A stretch of DNA of 51,929 nt. It comes from an uncultured Rhodospirillaceae bacterium. GTDB lineage: Bacteria > Pseudomonadota > Alphaproteobacteria > CAAGCB01 > CAG-977. Each line of letters begins with the position of its first letter. Positions within the stretch are counted from its first letter, which is position 1. The stretch covers positions 1 to 51,929 of the forward strand of contig USCC01000003.1 in assembly GCA_900553035.1 (NCBI GenBank), read 5' to 3'. Positions 41,805 to 51,865 of the stretch are shown in pieces. A model generated the notes under the pieces. That model did no database searches and had not been told where the DNA came from. It was given only the letters and a program-made list of their open reading frames with translations. The position numbers and the translations under genes were made by a program.

Positions 41805-43258
41805 TGCCGGTTTCTTTTAATGAAATCCCGCAAACTCGTGTTCCGGGCGTTTATGTTGAAATCGATAATTCGGGCGCGTTAAAAAACCTGCCGGGCAAAG
41901 CGTCGGTCGGCCTGATCATCGGGCAAAAAACGACGGGATCGGCAACGGCGTTGTCGCCGCGATTGGTAACGGCTTCCGATAATCCGGCATTGTTATTCGG
42001 CGCGGGGTCGGAATGCGCCAGAATGGTCAAGGCATGGCGGGAAACAAACACGTTTAACACGCTTTATGTGTTGCCGGTTACAGCCTCAAGCGGCACGGCG
42101 GCGGTTTATACGCTGACCGCGACGGTTGCTCAATCTCCGTCCGCCGGAACGATTTGCCTGTATATCGGCGGGCAAAGAATCACCGTTGACGTAACGCCCG
42201 CAACAACGGCGGCAACCCTGCATACGGCAATCGCGGCCAAGATTTCCGCATCGCCCGATCTGCCCGTTACGGCACAAAGCGGCGACGACGGCGTCGTCAT
42301 AACCGCCAAAGCCAAAGGCGAAGTCGGAAACAATATTGATATCTCGCTGAATTATTACACGGGCGAAGACCTGCCGCAGGGTGTTACGCTCAGCGTTTCA
42401 AAAACAACATCGGGATCGGGCAATCCTGATTTGTCGGATGCGATTGCGGCAATGGGCGACACGGTTTTTACCGATATTGTTTGTCCCTATACCGACGCGG
42501 CGAACACGGCTTTGCTGAAAACGGAAATGGCGCGCCGGTTCAATGCGATGGAACGCATTGAAGGAACGGTCTTTTCCGGTTTAAGCGGTACGTTATCCGA
42601 AATCATCACCAAAGCCGAAGCCGCAAACAGCCCGCATATCGTTTACATCGAATGCTGTAAAACGCCGGATCCGCCCGAAGAACGTGCGGCGCGACTGGCC
42701 GGTATTGTCGCCTATCAATCGCAGATCGATCCCGCCCGCCAATATCGCACTTTGGCTTTGACGGGTTCCAAACCGTCGAAAACGCCGCTGACCCGCGAAG
42801 AACGCGACCTGCTTTTGCGTTCCGGCGTTGCGACAGCCAAAGCCGACGCGGGCGGTAATGTGCTGATCGAACGTGTTGTTACCTCTTACCGTACAAACGC
42901 CGCGGGGAACGAAGACATATCTTATTTGGATTTAACGACGTTAAAAACCCTGATTTACCTTCGTTATTCGTATGTTTTACGTTTTGAACAGAAATTTCCC
43001 CGCCACAAGCTGGCCGACGACGGTTATCCCGTTTCCGACGGACAAGCCGTCATGACGCCGCTGGTCGGCAAAGGCGAAGCCGTCGCTTTGGCGCGTGATT
43101 GGTATGACGCGGGGCTGATTGAAAACTTCGACGCGTTCAAAAAAAGCATCGTTTCCGAGCGCGACGCGACGGATACCGAGCGTTTGAACCAGCTTCTGCA
43201 GCCGGACGTCATCAACAACCTGCGCGTCGTTTCGGGCAAAATTCAATTCATTTTGTAG
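41801..43258 (+). CDS. Contractile tail sheath protein (Mu gpL-like)
   Basis: 485 aa. N-terminus ...IPQTRVPGVYVEIDNSGA and C-terminus ...LRVVSGKIQFIL are sheath hallmarks. Confidence 0.9.
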   Translation: MMPVSFNEIPQTRVPGVYVEIDNSGALKNLPGKASVGLIIGQKTTGSATALSPRLVTASDNPALLFGAGSECARMVKAWRETNTFNTLYVLPVTASSGTAAVYTLTATVAQSPSAGTICLYIGGQRITVDVTPATTAATLHTAIAAKISASPDLPVTAQSGDDGVVITAKAKGEVGNNIDISLNYYTGEDLPQGVTLSVSKTTSGSGNPDLSDAIAAMGDTVFTDIVCPYTDAANTALLKTEMARRFNAMERIEGTVFSGLSGTLSEIITKAEAANSPHIVYIECCKTPDPPEERAARLAGIVAYQSQIDPARQYRTLALTGSKPSKTPLTREERDLLLRSGVATAKADAGGNVLIERVVTSYRTNAAGNEDISYLDLTTLKTLIYLRYSYVLRFEQKFPRHKLADDGYPVSDGQAVMTPLVGKGEAVALARDWYDAGLIENFDAFKKSIVSERDATDTERLNQLLQPDVINNLRVVSGKIQFIL

Positions 43259-43267
43259 GAGTAAGAA

Positions 43268-43618
43268 ATGGTAAATCCGTACAAATATTACGGCACTGGG
43301 ACGGTCAAGGCGGACGGAAAGGAATTCGAGCTGGAAGACTGCGAATTTACGCCGTCAGGCATTGTCCGCGAATACAAGCTGGAAGGCCGCGGTTTTTCCG
43401 AGAAGAAGCAGGGAGCAACCCTGACCGGCAAACTGAATATCAATGCAACGGCGGATCCGGATGCGATTAACAGGATGGACGACGTCACGGTCGTTTTTAC
43501 GGCGGACACGGGACAGTCGTGGTCGATGCCGCACGCGTGGCACGAACAGCCTGAAGCTGTTTCGGCCGACGGCATGACGGTGACATTTAAATCCAGAACA
43601 TCGGAGAAAATATCATGA
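43268..43618 (+). CDS. Tail tube protein (Mu gpM-like)
   Basis: 116 aa immediately after the sheath gene. Confidence 0.8.
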   Translation: MVNPYKYYGTGTVKADGKEFELEDCEFTPSGIVREYKLEGRGFSEKKQGATLTGKLNINATADPDAINRMDDVTVVFTADTGQSWSMPHAWHEQPEAVSADGMTVTFKSRTSEKIS

Positions 43619-43983
43619 CGGAAATCAGACTGATTGACGGGCTGAAGATCGGGGAAACGGTGCATAAGGACGTCACCCTGCGTTCGTTGACGGCGCGGGA
43701 TATTCTGGACGCGCACGAGGCCGCCGAGCGCGTCGTTATCGGCGCGGACGGAACACCGGTCGTCGTCGCTTCGCCCGTGCGGGTCGGCATGGAAACCCTG
43801 CGCCGCCGCGTTGAACGTTTCGGAACGGTTCAGATGCCTCTGTCTTTGGCCGAGCTTTTGAATTTAAGCGAGCGCGATCTGGATATCCTGCAGGACGCGG
43901 TCGACGAAATCGAAAAGGCGGAGGCGGCGGCAAAGCTGGAACGTGCGGGGCGAAATCAACGGGGCGTATCAGGAAATCCTTGA
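43615..43983 (+). CDS. Tail assembly chaperone (short form)
   Basis: 122 aa between tube and tape-measure genes with ATGA overlap. Confidence 0.75.
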   Translation: MTEIRLIDGLKIGETVHKDVTLRSLTARDILDAHEAAERVVIGADGTPVVVASPVRVGMETLRRRVERFGTVQMPLSLAELLNLSERDLDILQDAVDEIEKAEAAAKLERAGRNQRGVSGNP

Positions 43984-44086
43984 TTTGACGGCGCGTTTGA
44001 TGCGCGCCGGCAAAAACTTAACGGATTTTCTGGATATTCCCCTGAAACGCCTGATACGGCTGACGGACATTGAGGTTGAACCATGA
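43615..44086 (+). CDS. Tail assembly chaperone, predicted frameshifted long form (+1/-2 frame)
   Basis: The frame one nt forward is open from 43868 to TGA 44084-86. It encodes EINGAYQEILDLTARLMRAGKNLTDFLDIPLKRLIRLTDIEVEP and ends overlapping the tape-measure ATG 44083. G-rich stretch gcggggcgaaa at 43944-43954. Confidence 0.45.
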
Positions 44087-46044
44087 GCGACAAATTAAAA
44101 TATGCTTTAGCGCTTGATTTAAAGGGCAATTTTGCGCGGATGACCGCATCGGCGCAAAAGGCGATGCAACGCTTTGCCCAATCCGGAGAAACGGGATTAA
44201 AGCGCATGGCCAAAGCAATGCCCGCCGTCGGCCGGGCCTTGGACAAGCTCGGCAACCGTTATACCGCTTTGATGACCGGCGGGACAATGTATGCGGCCGT
44301 TAAATCGGCGGCGGCAATGGAGGGGCGGCTGGTTCGTTTGGGGATTACAGCCGAAAAATCGGATGCGGAAATCAGAAAGCTGAACGAAAGCATTTACGCC
44401 GTTTCGCAGGAGCGAAGTATTAATATTGAACCCTCCGAATTGACCGCCGCCGTTGAACAGATCGTCGAAAAAACGGGCGATCTGGATTTGGCGGAAAAAA
44501 ATCTGCGCAACATCGCTCTAGCGATTTCCGCAGCGGGGGTTGAGGGAAACGATGCCGGCAAAATGATCGGCGATATGTTTGAAAAGTTCGGAATCCGCGA
44601 AAGTGCCGACATGCTGAAGGGGCTTGATTTGATGACGAATCAGGGCAAGACCGGCGCTTTCACTCTGCGCGATCTGGCACAGCAGGGCGAGCGCGTGACG
44701 TCGGCGTATGCCGCGCTGGGCCGTCAGGGGGTGGGCGCATTGGGCGAAATGGGCGCGCTTTTGCAGATGATTAAAAAAGGCGTCGGGTCGCCCGAACAGG
44801 CCGCGACCGCGTTGGAAGCGTTCGTCCGCGCCCTGAACGACGCGCAGGTGCGTTCAAAGCTGGAAAAATCAGGAATCCAGCTGCTCGATCCGGAAGACCC
44901 GAAGCGTCTGCGTTCCGCGGTCGATATTATGAAGGATGTCATTAAGGTTTCAAAAGGAGACCTGAAAAACATTTCACGGGTCTTTAACGCGGAAGCTCAG
45001 CGTGCCTTTTCCGCCGTTTCGATTGAATATAAGCAAACCGGCGGATTTGAATCAATTGAAAGTTATCTGAACGCGCAGAGCGACGGAAAAACGCTGATTG
45101 AAGATTCCGCCCGTGCGGCGGCTACGTTTGAAAGAGTGGTGACATCGCTGAAAACCGCTGTTTCAAAATTTTCAAACGATGTCCTGGCTGAACCGATAAA
45201 AGAGCTGGCCGATGCATTGAATAAAATTGACCCGGAAACATTGAAAAGCGTCATTAAAACGGCGGCCGTCGGAATCGGTACCGTCGGCACAATGGTTGCC
45301 GGAAAGAAGTTGTGGGATATCGGGGCTGGTATTGTCGGAATGTTTCGTAAAAACAAGGGGAGAGCTTCTAATCCTCTTCTTTCGTCCGGCGGCGTTCAGC
45401 CGGTGTATGTAACGAACTTCGGTGAAATAGGGGGTGGATTTTCCGGCGGGCCATATGCCGGCGGGGTGAAAAAGGCCGGCCGGGCCGGACGTACGGCAAG
45501 AAGTGCGGTGCGGCAGAGTGCGAAAACAGCCCGGCAGGCGTCGGCCGCCGTCAAAGCCGGCCGTTTCGGAAAGGCAGGCGCTTTTTTAGGGAAAGGAGCC
45601 GGTTTTTTGGGAAAGGGGGCAAAATGGGGCGGAAAAATGCTTTCAAAAGCCGCCGTTCCCCTGATGCTGGCCGATGCGGGATATTCGCTTTATTCCGCGG
45701 AAAATAACGCTGACCGCGGCGATGCGCTGGGCGGTTTGGGCGGCACGCTCGGCGGCGCGAAAGCCGGCGCGCTTTTGGGAACAATGATTGCCCCGGGAAT
45801 CGGTACGGCGGTCGGCGGTTTAATCGGCGGCGGCCTCGGGTACCTGAGCGGGTCATGGCTGGGGAAAAAGGTCGGCGGTTTGTTTGACAGCGACAAGCCG
45901 GCGGCACAGCCTGAAAAAAGCATTCAGAACGGCCCGATCCGCTTCGTCTTTGACAATGCGCCCGCCGGTCTGCGCATCAAGGAAAATCCGTTCGGATTTG
46001 ATATTAAAATCAATACAGGATTGACGGAGGCGGCAGATGGCTGA
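44083..46044 (+). CDS. Tail tape measure protein
   Basis: 653 aa, helical N-terminal two-thirds and a Gly/Ala-rich hydrophobic C-terminal region. Position fits. Confidence 0.9.
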   Translation: MSDKLKYALALDLKGNFARMTASAQKAMQRFAQSGETGLKRMAKAMPAVGRALDKLGNRYTALMTGGTMYAAVKSAAAMEGRLVRLGITAEKSDAEIRKLNESIYAVSQERSINIEPSELTAAVEQIVEKTGDLDLAEKNLRNIALAISAAGVEGNDAGKMIGDMFEKFGIRESADMLKGLDLMTNQGKTGAFTLRDLAQQGERVTSAYAALGRQGVGALGEMGALLQMIKKGVGSPEQAATALEAFVRALNDAQVRSKLEKSGIQLLDPEDPKRLRSAVDIMKDVIKVSKGDLKNISRVFNAEAQRAFSAVSIEYKQTGGFESIESYLNAQSDGKTLIEDSARAAATFERVVTSLKTAVSKFSNDVLAEPIKELADALNKIDPETLKSVIKTAAVGIGTVGTMVAGKKLWDIGAGIVGMFRKNKGRASNPLLSSGGVQPVYVTNFGEIGGGFSGGPYAGGVKKAGRAGRTARSAVRQSAKTARQASAAVKAGRFGKAGAFLGKGAGFLGKGAKWGGKMLSKAAVPLMLADAGYSLYSAENNADRGDALGGLGGTLGGAKAGALLGTMIAPGIGTAVGGLIGGGLGYLSGSWLGKKVGGLFDSDKPAAQPEKSIQNGPIRFVFDNAPAGLRIKENPFGFDIKINTGLTEAADG

Positions 46045-47224
46045 TTATTACCGTCAGGGCTCTTTCCGAGGCGTCGAATTTGAATACATTGAGGACGATT
46101 ACGCCTATAAGGTCAAGGAAGCCGAGCAGAATTTGCTTTCATGCGATGAAACGACAGAAACGCTTGCCGCCGCGCCGCGCGAATTTGCCTTGATCGTCGC
46201 CGTTTTCGGGCGTGATGCCGTTAAAAAAAGAAATGACCTGATTAAGGCTTTGGAAGACACGTCGGCCGGGGTACTGATTCACCCGCAGTACGGCGAAATT
46301 TCGGTCAAGGTTTCGGACGCCGGATTCAGCGTTCATTCGGCGGCGGACAGCGGGAACTGGTTTGAATTTACAATCAATTTCATCAAAACGGATGACGACG
46401 CCGTCCGCCTGACCGTTCTGCCCGTCGCCGAACGGGCGGAACAAAAGCAGGAGGAGGCTGTTGAAAAAGCAAAAGAAGCGTTATCGGAGGAATCCGAAAA
46501 GAAAATTCAGGCCAAGGGCTGGCTTGACACGGTTGCCGATTCAACGGCGGCCTTTGCCGGCGAAGTGCTGAACGAAGTAAAAAAGGCTTTGGAAAAAGAA
46601 GTCCTGCCGTTCGGAGCTTTGGAAAAAATCAAGGGATCGGTTGACAGTATGGCGGGCGGATTATTGTCGCTGATAAATGCGCCGGGCATTTGGGCGTTGG
46701 AAATAACGGATTTACTGAATATCGACGGCGCGTCGTTTGAATTGTATGAACGGCTGGCATCGTTGTCGATGTCGCCGTCAAAGCCACAGTATCTGACCGA
46801 AACGCGCCGGCGCGCCGTTGAAAATCAGGAGGCCGTTTTAAGTCTTATTAAAACAGCGGCTGTTCTTCAGGGATTAAACAGGGCGGTTTCTTTTCGGACG
46901 GTTTCGGAAACGGAGGTTTCGGAGCGCATCGAACGGATGACGGCACTGGCCGAAAGCGTGATCGATTCCGAAGGGGTCAGTCCGGAGATGCAGCAGGCCT
47001 TTGAAACACTGCTTCAGACGTCCGTTGCGGTTTTGAAAAATGTCGGGACGGAACAGCGCACGCGTCATATTCCGGCGGCCGGAACAATCCCCGCCGTCGT
47101 CCTGCTGCATCAGGCGGGCGGGACGAAATTAATGCGTCAAAACGCCGATTTTGCCGCGCGGAACCATATCCGCCACCCTTTATTTGTCCCCGGCGGTTTC
47201 ATAATGGAGGTTGTCGATGTCTGA
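46037..47224 (+). CDS. DNA circularisation protein (Mu gpN-like)
   Basis: N-terminus MADYYRQGSFRGVEFEYIEDD matches the DNA_circ_N pattern (ASFRGV.F). Confidence 0.85.
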   Translation: MADYYRQGSFRGVEFEYIEDDYAYKVKEAEQNLLSCDETTETLAAAPREFALIVAVFGRDAVKKRNDLIKALEDTSAGVLIHPQYGEISVKVSDAGFSVHSAADSGNWFEFTINFIKTDDDAVRLTVLPVAERAEQKQEEAVEKAKEALSEESEKKIQAKGWLDTVADSTAAFAGEVLNEVKKALEKEVLPFGALEKIKGSVDSMAGGLLSLINAPGIWALEITDLLNIDGASFELYERLASLSMSPSKPQYLTETRRRAVENQEAVLSLIKTAAVLQGLNRAVSFRTVSETEVSERIERMTALAESVIDSEGVSPEMQQAFETLLQTSVAVLKNVGTEQRTRHIPAAGTIPAVVLLHQAGGTKLMRQNADFAARNHIRHPLFVPGGFIMEVVDV

Positions 47225-48194
47225 CAGGCTGGTTTTACAGACGGTTTCAAATAAGTTGTCCGGGTTTGATTTTATCAAAATTAAAAATCGGATTGACTGG
47301 CTCTCGGGATGCTTTGAACTGACGGCCCTGAACCGGTTAAGAGTTGATTTAACGCGCGTTAAATCGGCCGTTAAACAGGGCGATTTTATCCGGATCCTGC
47401 GGGACGGGGAACTGCGTTTGACGGGGTATATCGATCGCGTCGAAACGTTTTATGCCGGGCAGAAAAAAGGCATTAAAATCATCGGCCGGTCAAAAGCTGC
47501 CGATTTAACGGACTGCTCGGCGTTCGGCCTTGTGTACAGAAACCGTACCGCGCCGGAAATTATCGCCGATCTTTGCCAGCCGTTTAACATTTCACTGAAA
47601 ACGGATTTAAAAGGCTTTGCCCGGTGGGATAATTTCACGGTCAATCCGTCGGAAACAATCGGCAACGCTTTGGCGCGGCTGGCTAGACGGACGAACGCGC
47701 TTTTGTTTTCTTCGGCTGACGGTTCGCTTTGTCTGACGCGCCGCTGCATGGCGAAAAAGACCGATTTATTACTGCAAAGCGGCAAAGGCGGAAATCTGAC
47801 GGGCGGCGAAACGGAATTTTGTGCAGAAAACGAATTTTCAAAAGTGTCTTTAATCGGTCAAGGCGTTTTAGACGACGCGCACGATATTGACGCCATCCGT
47901 GCGCCGCTTTTATCCGCCGAATTTAACGACAGGCGGTATCGCACCCGCGTTGTTTATGCCGATGCCGTAACGGATGAGGCCTTGAAAAAAGAAATTGAAC
48001 GTCTGAACAAAAACTGCCGCGTGATTTCCCTGACCGCCGCAGGGTGGTTCAACGTCGGTTTAAACACGCTGATCACGGCGCGCGACGAATGGCTCGGGCT
48101 TGACGGCAGCTGTCTGGTCGCGGGGATTGAAGACGTGTTCGACGAAACGGACGGACATCGCACAACGTTTGATCTGGAGGCCGCCAATGTTTGA
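47211..48194 (+). CDS. Baseplate hub protein (Mu gpP/gp44-like)
   Basis: 327 aa. Position is after the gpN-like gene and before the gpV-like spike. Confidence 0.75.
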   Translation: MSMSDRLVLQTVSNKLSGFDFIKIKNRIDWLSGCFELTALNRLRVDLTRVKSAVKQGDFIRILRDGELRLTGYIDRVETFYAGQKKGIKIIGRSKAADLTDCSAFGLVYRNRTAPEIIADLCQPFNISLKTDLKGFARWDNFTVNPSETIGNALARLARRTNALLFSSADGSLCLTRRCMAKKTDLLLQSGKGGNLTGGETEFCAENEFSKVSLIGQGVLDDAHDIDAIRAPLLSAEFNDRRYRTRVVYADAVTDEALKKEIERLNKNCRVISLTAAGWFNVGLNTLITARDEWLGLDGSCLVAGIEDVFDETDGHRTTFDLEAANV

Positions 48195-48738
48195 AATGCT
48201 TCATAAAAAGCTGAAATCGCTTGTCCGGATCGGTAAAGTCGCTTTTGTCAGCGGCGGAAAAACGCAGTCCCTTCAGGTCGAAACGACCCGCGGCGAAACG
48301 CTGGATAACGTTAAATTCATTGAGCCCTACGGCTTTACGGCCGTTCCGTTAAACGGGGCAGAAACCGTTGTTTTGAACATTGGGGCCAACGGCGGGAATC
48401 CCGTCGCGCTTGTCGTTGGCGGGCGGCTTTTTCGCTTGCAGGATTTAAAACAGGGCGAAGTCGCATTGTACACGGACGAAGGCGACAAAATCCATTTAAA
48501 GCGCGGGCATGAAATCGCCGTCAAAGCAACAAAATTTGTCATTGACGCCGATGAGATTCAAATGAACGGCAAGGTCAGCATTTCAAAAACGCTGGACGTT
48601 GCAGAAAACATAAAAAGCAAGGCGGAAATCGCGGACAAAACAGGAAATATGACGGCGATCAGGACGGTTTATAACGCCCATACGCACAAAGATTCCGCAA
48701 ACGCGCCGACCTCAGCCCCTTTAACGCCGATGGAGTAA
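48187..48738 (+). CDS. Baseplate assembly protein V / spike (Mu gp45-like)
   Basis: Start at ATG 48187 (MFEMLHKK). ...VRIGKVAFVSGGKTQSLQVETTRGETLDNVKFIEPYGF... and ...YNAHTH are typical of gpV. Confidence 0.85.
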   Translation: MFEMLHKKLKSLVRIGKVAFVSGGKTQSLQVETTRGETLDNVKFIEPYGFTAVPLNGAETVVLNIGANGGNPVALVVGGRLFRLQDLKQGEVALYTDEGDKIHLKRGHEIAVKATKFVIDADEIQMNGKVSISKTLDVAENIKSKAEIADKTGNMTAIRTVYNAHTHKDSANAPTSAPLTPME

Positions 48739-48741
48739 AAC

Positions 48742-49161
48742 ATGACGCTTTATTTTGATACGTTGCCCGATTTAAGCGAGATTGACGATCCCCTCTTGGA
48801 AAGTATCCTTATTTCTTTGTTTACGGACAAATACGTTCCTGACGCCGACTTGCCGTATCAAACGGGGACGAACGGCGGCTGGCACGGCGATGCGGTTGCT
48901 TTGGAAACGCCGGCAGCGCAGACAGAAGAATATTCGTGGGGGTCGCGTCTGTGGACGTTGGAACGGGAAAAAATCAACGAAGAAACGCCTGCAAAAGTCA
49001 AAAGAATCGTTGAGGAGGCCTTGGAACCGCTTTTGCTTTTAAAGGAAATCAACGAGATCAGCGTTTCGGCCGAACGCTTCGGCGACGGTGTGGCTTTTAC
49101 GGTTGCCGTCGATGCTTCGTCCGGCCGGCGGGATTTTGTCTTCAAAAACATAAAAGGATAA
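48742..49161 (+). CDS. Baseplate protein (Mu gp46 family)
   Basis: ...GGWHGDAV...WGSRLWTLEREK...EEALEPLL fits the GP46 pattern. Confidence 0.8.
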   Translation: MTLYFDTLPDLSEIDDPLLESILISLFTDKYVPDADLPYQTGTNGGWHGDAVALETPAAQTEEYSWGSRLWTLEREKINEETPAKVKRIVEEALEPLLLLKEINEISVSAERFGDGVAFTVAVDASSGRRDFVFKNIKG

Positions 49162-49165
49162 CGCC

Positions 49166-50215
49166 ATGCCTTATGAAATTCCGTCAATTGAAGAGCTGGT
49201 CAGAAAATACGAACAGGCTTATATCGCTCGCGTCCCCGCCGAAAAACAAATGCCTCTTTCCAAAATGAGGGCAAAAGCGCGCGCCCTGGCTCAGGCGGTC
49301 GGCGGCCTTTACGGATACGGGAGCTTTATTTTAAAGCAGATTATTCCACTGACAGCCGAGGCCGAATATCTGGATCTGCATGCTTCTGCCGCCGCCGTGT
49401 TCCGAAAATCCGCGGCGCAGGCTTTCGGAAAAATTGCCGTTACGGGCGCAAGCGGCAAAATCATTCGTGCAAACACGGTCTTAACGTTTACCGACGGGAC
49501 GGCGTATGTCGTTTCGGCAGAGACGACGCTGGGCGCAGAGGAAACAAACGTTCCCGTCACGGCCGTTGATGCCGGGACGTCGGGCAACAGGACGGCCGGC
49601 GATGTTTTGACCTTTTCCGTTCCGATCCCCGGCGTTCAAAATCAGGCGTCCGTCGTTTCAATCGGCGGCGGAACGGACAAAGAAAAGGACGAGGATCTGC
49701 TTTACCGTTATCTGATGAAGGTCAGGAATCCGGCGCACGGCGGGTGCGACGCCGATTATGTCAATTGGGCTTTGTCCGTTCCCGGCGTGACGCGCTGTAC
49801 GGTTTATCCGCATGAGCAGGGAATCGGCACGGTCGTTTTACGGATCATGTCCGACGGCATCGGTACGGGTCAGGCGGGCGCGGAAATCATCGAACGATGT
49901 GCCGAATATATCGAAAGCGTCCGTCCCGTCACGGCAAAACGAATCTTCATTCTCTCACCCGCGCCGGCGGCGGTTGATTTTACGATTTCAAACTTAAAAC
50001 CCGATACGCAGGCCGTCCGCGATGAAATCAAAGCCGAGCTTTCCGACCTGTTCTTCCGCGAGGCGGTGCCCGGCGGAACAGTGCTGATTTCCCATATCCG
50101 TTCCGCGATTTCCGCGGCATACGGCGAAGAAGACCACGTCCTTGTGACGCCGGTTGAAAACGTGACGGCCGGCGCGAACGAGATTTTAACGCTGGGAGAA
50201 ATCACATGGAGCTGA
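49166..50215 (+). CDS. Baseplate J-like protein (Mu gp47)
   Basis: 349 aa. ...GGTDKEKDEDLLYRYLMKVRNPAHGG... is typical of the gpJ family. Confidence 0.88.
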   Translation: MPYEIPSIEELVRKYEQAYIARVPAEKQMPLSKMRAKARALAQAVGGLYGYGSFILKQIIPLTAEAEYLDLHASAAAVFRKSAAQAFGKIAVTGASGKIIRANTVLTFTDGTAYVVSAETTLGAEETNVPVTAVDAGTSGNRTAGDVLTFSVPIPGVQNQASVVSIGGGTDKEKDEDLLYRYLMKVRNPAHGGCDADYVNWALSVPGVTRCTVYPHEQGIGTVVLRIMSDGIGTGQAGAEIIERCAEYIESVRPVTAKRIFILSPAPAAVDFTISNLKPDTQAVRDEIKAELSDLFFREAVPGGTVLISHIRSAISAAYGEEDHVLVTPVENVTAGANEILTLGEITWS

Positions 50216-50778
50216 AACCGGCTTATTTTCAGGCTTTAGGCGCGTTGATGCCGAAAGGTAGGCTCTGGGAAGCCGACACGGACGGTGAACGGCACGCTGA
50301 AGCGGAGCTTCTGGCCGAAGCGCATGCTTTTTATGACAGGATTGCCGAGGAATCGGACGTACGCACGGCAACGTATCTGTTGCCCGAATGGGGCGAAGTG
50401 CTGGAGGTCGACGTCACAGGAAAGACGCTTCAGGCCGCCCGGTTTGATTTGAATTTAAAAAAGAACGCGCAAGGCGGCGCAACGCCCGAATATTTTAAAC
50501 ATCTGGCCAAAAGCTACGGGTACAACAGCGAATTGACCGAGTGTGTCCCGTTTGTCTGCGGCCTGTCCGAATGCGCCTCAAACGACGAGCTGGGCGAGGA
50601 AGAAACGATTTACGGCTGGTATTTGAAACTTTTGACCCCTGACGCCGTTGCTTTTCGGGCCAGCGAAAGCGAATGCGGCGACGATTTGGGGGCCGCTCCG
50701 CCCGATATCTCAGTCTTGAGTGAAATCCTCAAAAAATACAAACCTTCGCACACCTTTTTAAACATCAGCTTCCAATGA
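50206..50778 (+). CDS. Baseplate/tail protein (Mu gp48-like, DUF2313)
   Basis: N-terminus ...YFQALGALMPKGRLWEAD matches the YmfQ/DUF2313 pattern. Confidence 0.78.
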   Translation: MELKPAYFQALGALMPKGRLWEADTDGERHAEAELLAEAHAFYDRIAEESDVRTATYLLPEWGEVLEVDVTGKTLQAARFDLNLKKNAQGGATPEYFKHLAKSYGYNSELTECVPFVCGLSECASNDELGEEETIYGWYLKLLTPDAVAFRASESECGDDLGAAPPDISVLSEILKKYKPSHTFLNISFQ

Positions 50779-50790
50779 CGGAGAATCAAA

Positions 50791-51189
50791 ATGAAATACA
50801 TAAAACCGATGAACGAAACAAATGAAGACGCCGGATATGTCAACGCCGACGTATCAATCGGCCGGCGCGGGTCGACAGTTCCGGCGGCGGCCGTTGAAGC
50901 CCCCCAGCGTGAGCTGGTACATTTGATTACATCGGCCGGTTTGACACCGGATGACACCGACAGAACTCAGGTAAAGCAGGCCATTGATGCTGTTGTCGCT
51001 GCGGCAATCGTCGGCAAGGCGGACGCTTCATCCATGACGTCGGCTCTGGCGGCGAAGGCGGATAAAACCGAAGCCGTCCTTTCCGCGACCATACGAACAC
51101 TGGTCGTTTTGGAAAGTCAGGCGGCGTATGACGCTTTGACCGATGAACAGAAGGCTGATCCCTCTATTTTATACGCGATTAAAGGATAA
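50791..51189 (+). CDS. Short tail-fibre-like protein
   Basis: 132 aa. The N-terminus ...DAGYVNADVSIGRRGSTVPAAAVEAPQRELVHLI resembles baseplate-attachment segments of Mu/P2 fibres. Confidence 0.5.
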   Translation: MKYIKPMNETNEDAGYVNADVSIGRRGSTVPAAAVEAPQRELVHLITSAGLTPDDTDRTQVKQAIDAVVAAAIVGKADASSMTSALAAKADKTEAVLSATIRTLVVLESQAAYDALTDEQKADPSILYAIKG

Positions 51190-51193
51190 GGCA

Positions 51194-51865
51194 ATGAAGC
51201 TGGCAACCGTCAAACATTTTGTAGCTGAAAGCCGGATTTTGCGCCTGATGCTCGGCGGGTCGGTGGTCTGGGAATTGCCGAAAGTCACTAAGTCGTTAAT
51301 TTTATGGTCTTCCACAAACTTTACGGTTCCGCAGGGCATTGTTTCCTTGAAAATCACGATGGCCGGCGGCGGGGGCGGTGCGGCCGGATCGATCGGAGCG
51401 GTGTATATTTGGGGTGGGGGCGGAGGCGGCGGGGGCGGAAGGGTTGTCAAAACATTTACTCCGGCCGAGCTTAACGAAATGCGCGGAAAGACCTTCGCTG
51501 TTCTTGTCGGAGCCGCCGGGCTTTATCAAGGAGATAATAACTGGGGAGGAAACGGAGGGACGTCTCAATTTCAATGTCCCGGCCTTTGGCCGACGGCTTA
51601 TGGCGGCAACGGCGGTCAGACGGGTTCCCCGGGGGCCGGCGGCGCGGGAAGCGGCGGCGAAAACGGTGATGAGATTTTAACGGGAGGAAATGGCGGTACA
51701 GGAAGTGTCGGCGGGGCTCGGGGTTCAGGCGGACACGGACAGGAAGTCGGAGACGTTGCGGTTGCCGGGACGCATGGCTGCGGATGGGGCGGCGGGAACG
51801 GAATGCCGACGGGCCTGAATGGGGCTCAAGGAGCCGTTTTAATTGAATGGGAGGCTTACGAATGA
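51194..51865 (+). CDS. Glycine-rich tail-fibre-region protein
   Basis: Start at ATG 51194 (MKLATVKHF). Multiple GGxGG tracts typical of glycine-rich-domain proteins next to phage fibres. Confidence 0.55.
   Translation: MKLATVKHFVAESRILRLMLGGSVVWELPKVTKSLILWSSTNFTVPQGIVSLKITMAGGGGGAAGSIGAVYIWGGGGGGGGGRVVKTFTPAELNEMRGKTFAVLVGAAGLYQGDNNWGGNGGTSQFQCPGLWPTAYGGNGGQTGSPGAGGAGSGGENGDEILTGGNGGTGSVGGARGSGGHGQEVGDVAVAGTHGCGWGGGNGMPTGLNGAQGAVLIEWEAYE

Noticed and set aside
51360-51450. Poly-glycine coding tract (GGGGGGGGG) considered as a slippage-prone phase-variation site
   Set aside because: The nucleotide sequence mixes ggn codons (ggtgggggcggaggcggcgggggcgga) with no long homopolymer or perfect short tandem repeat.
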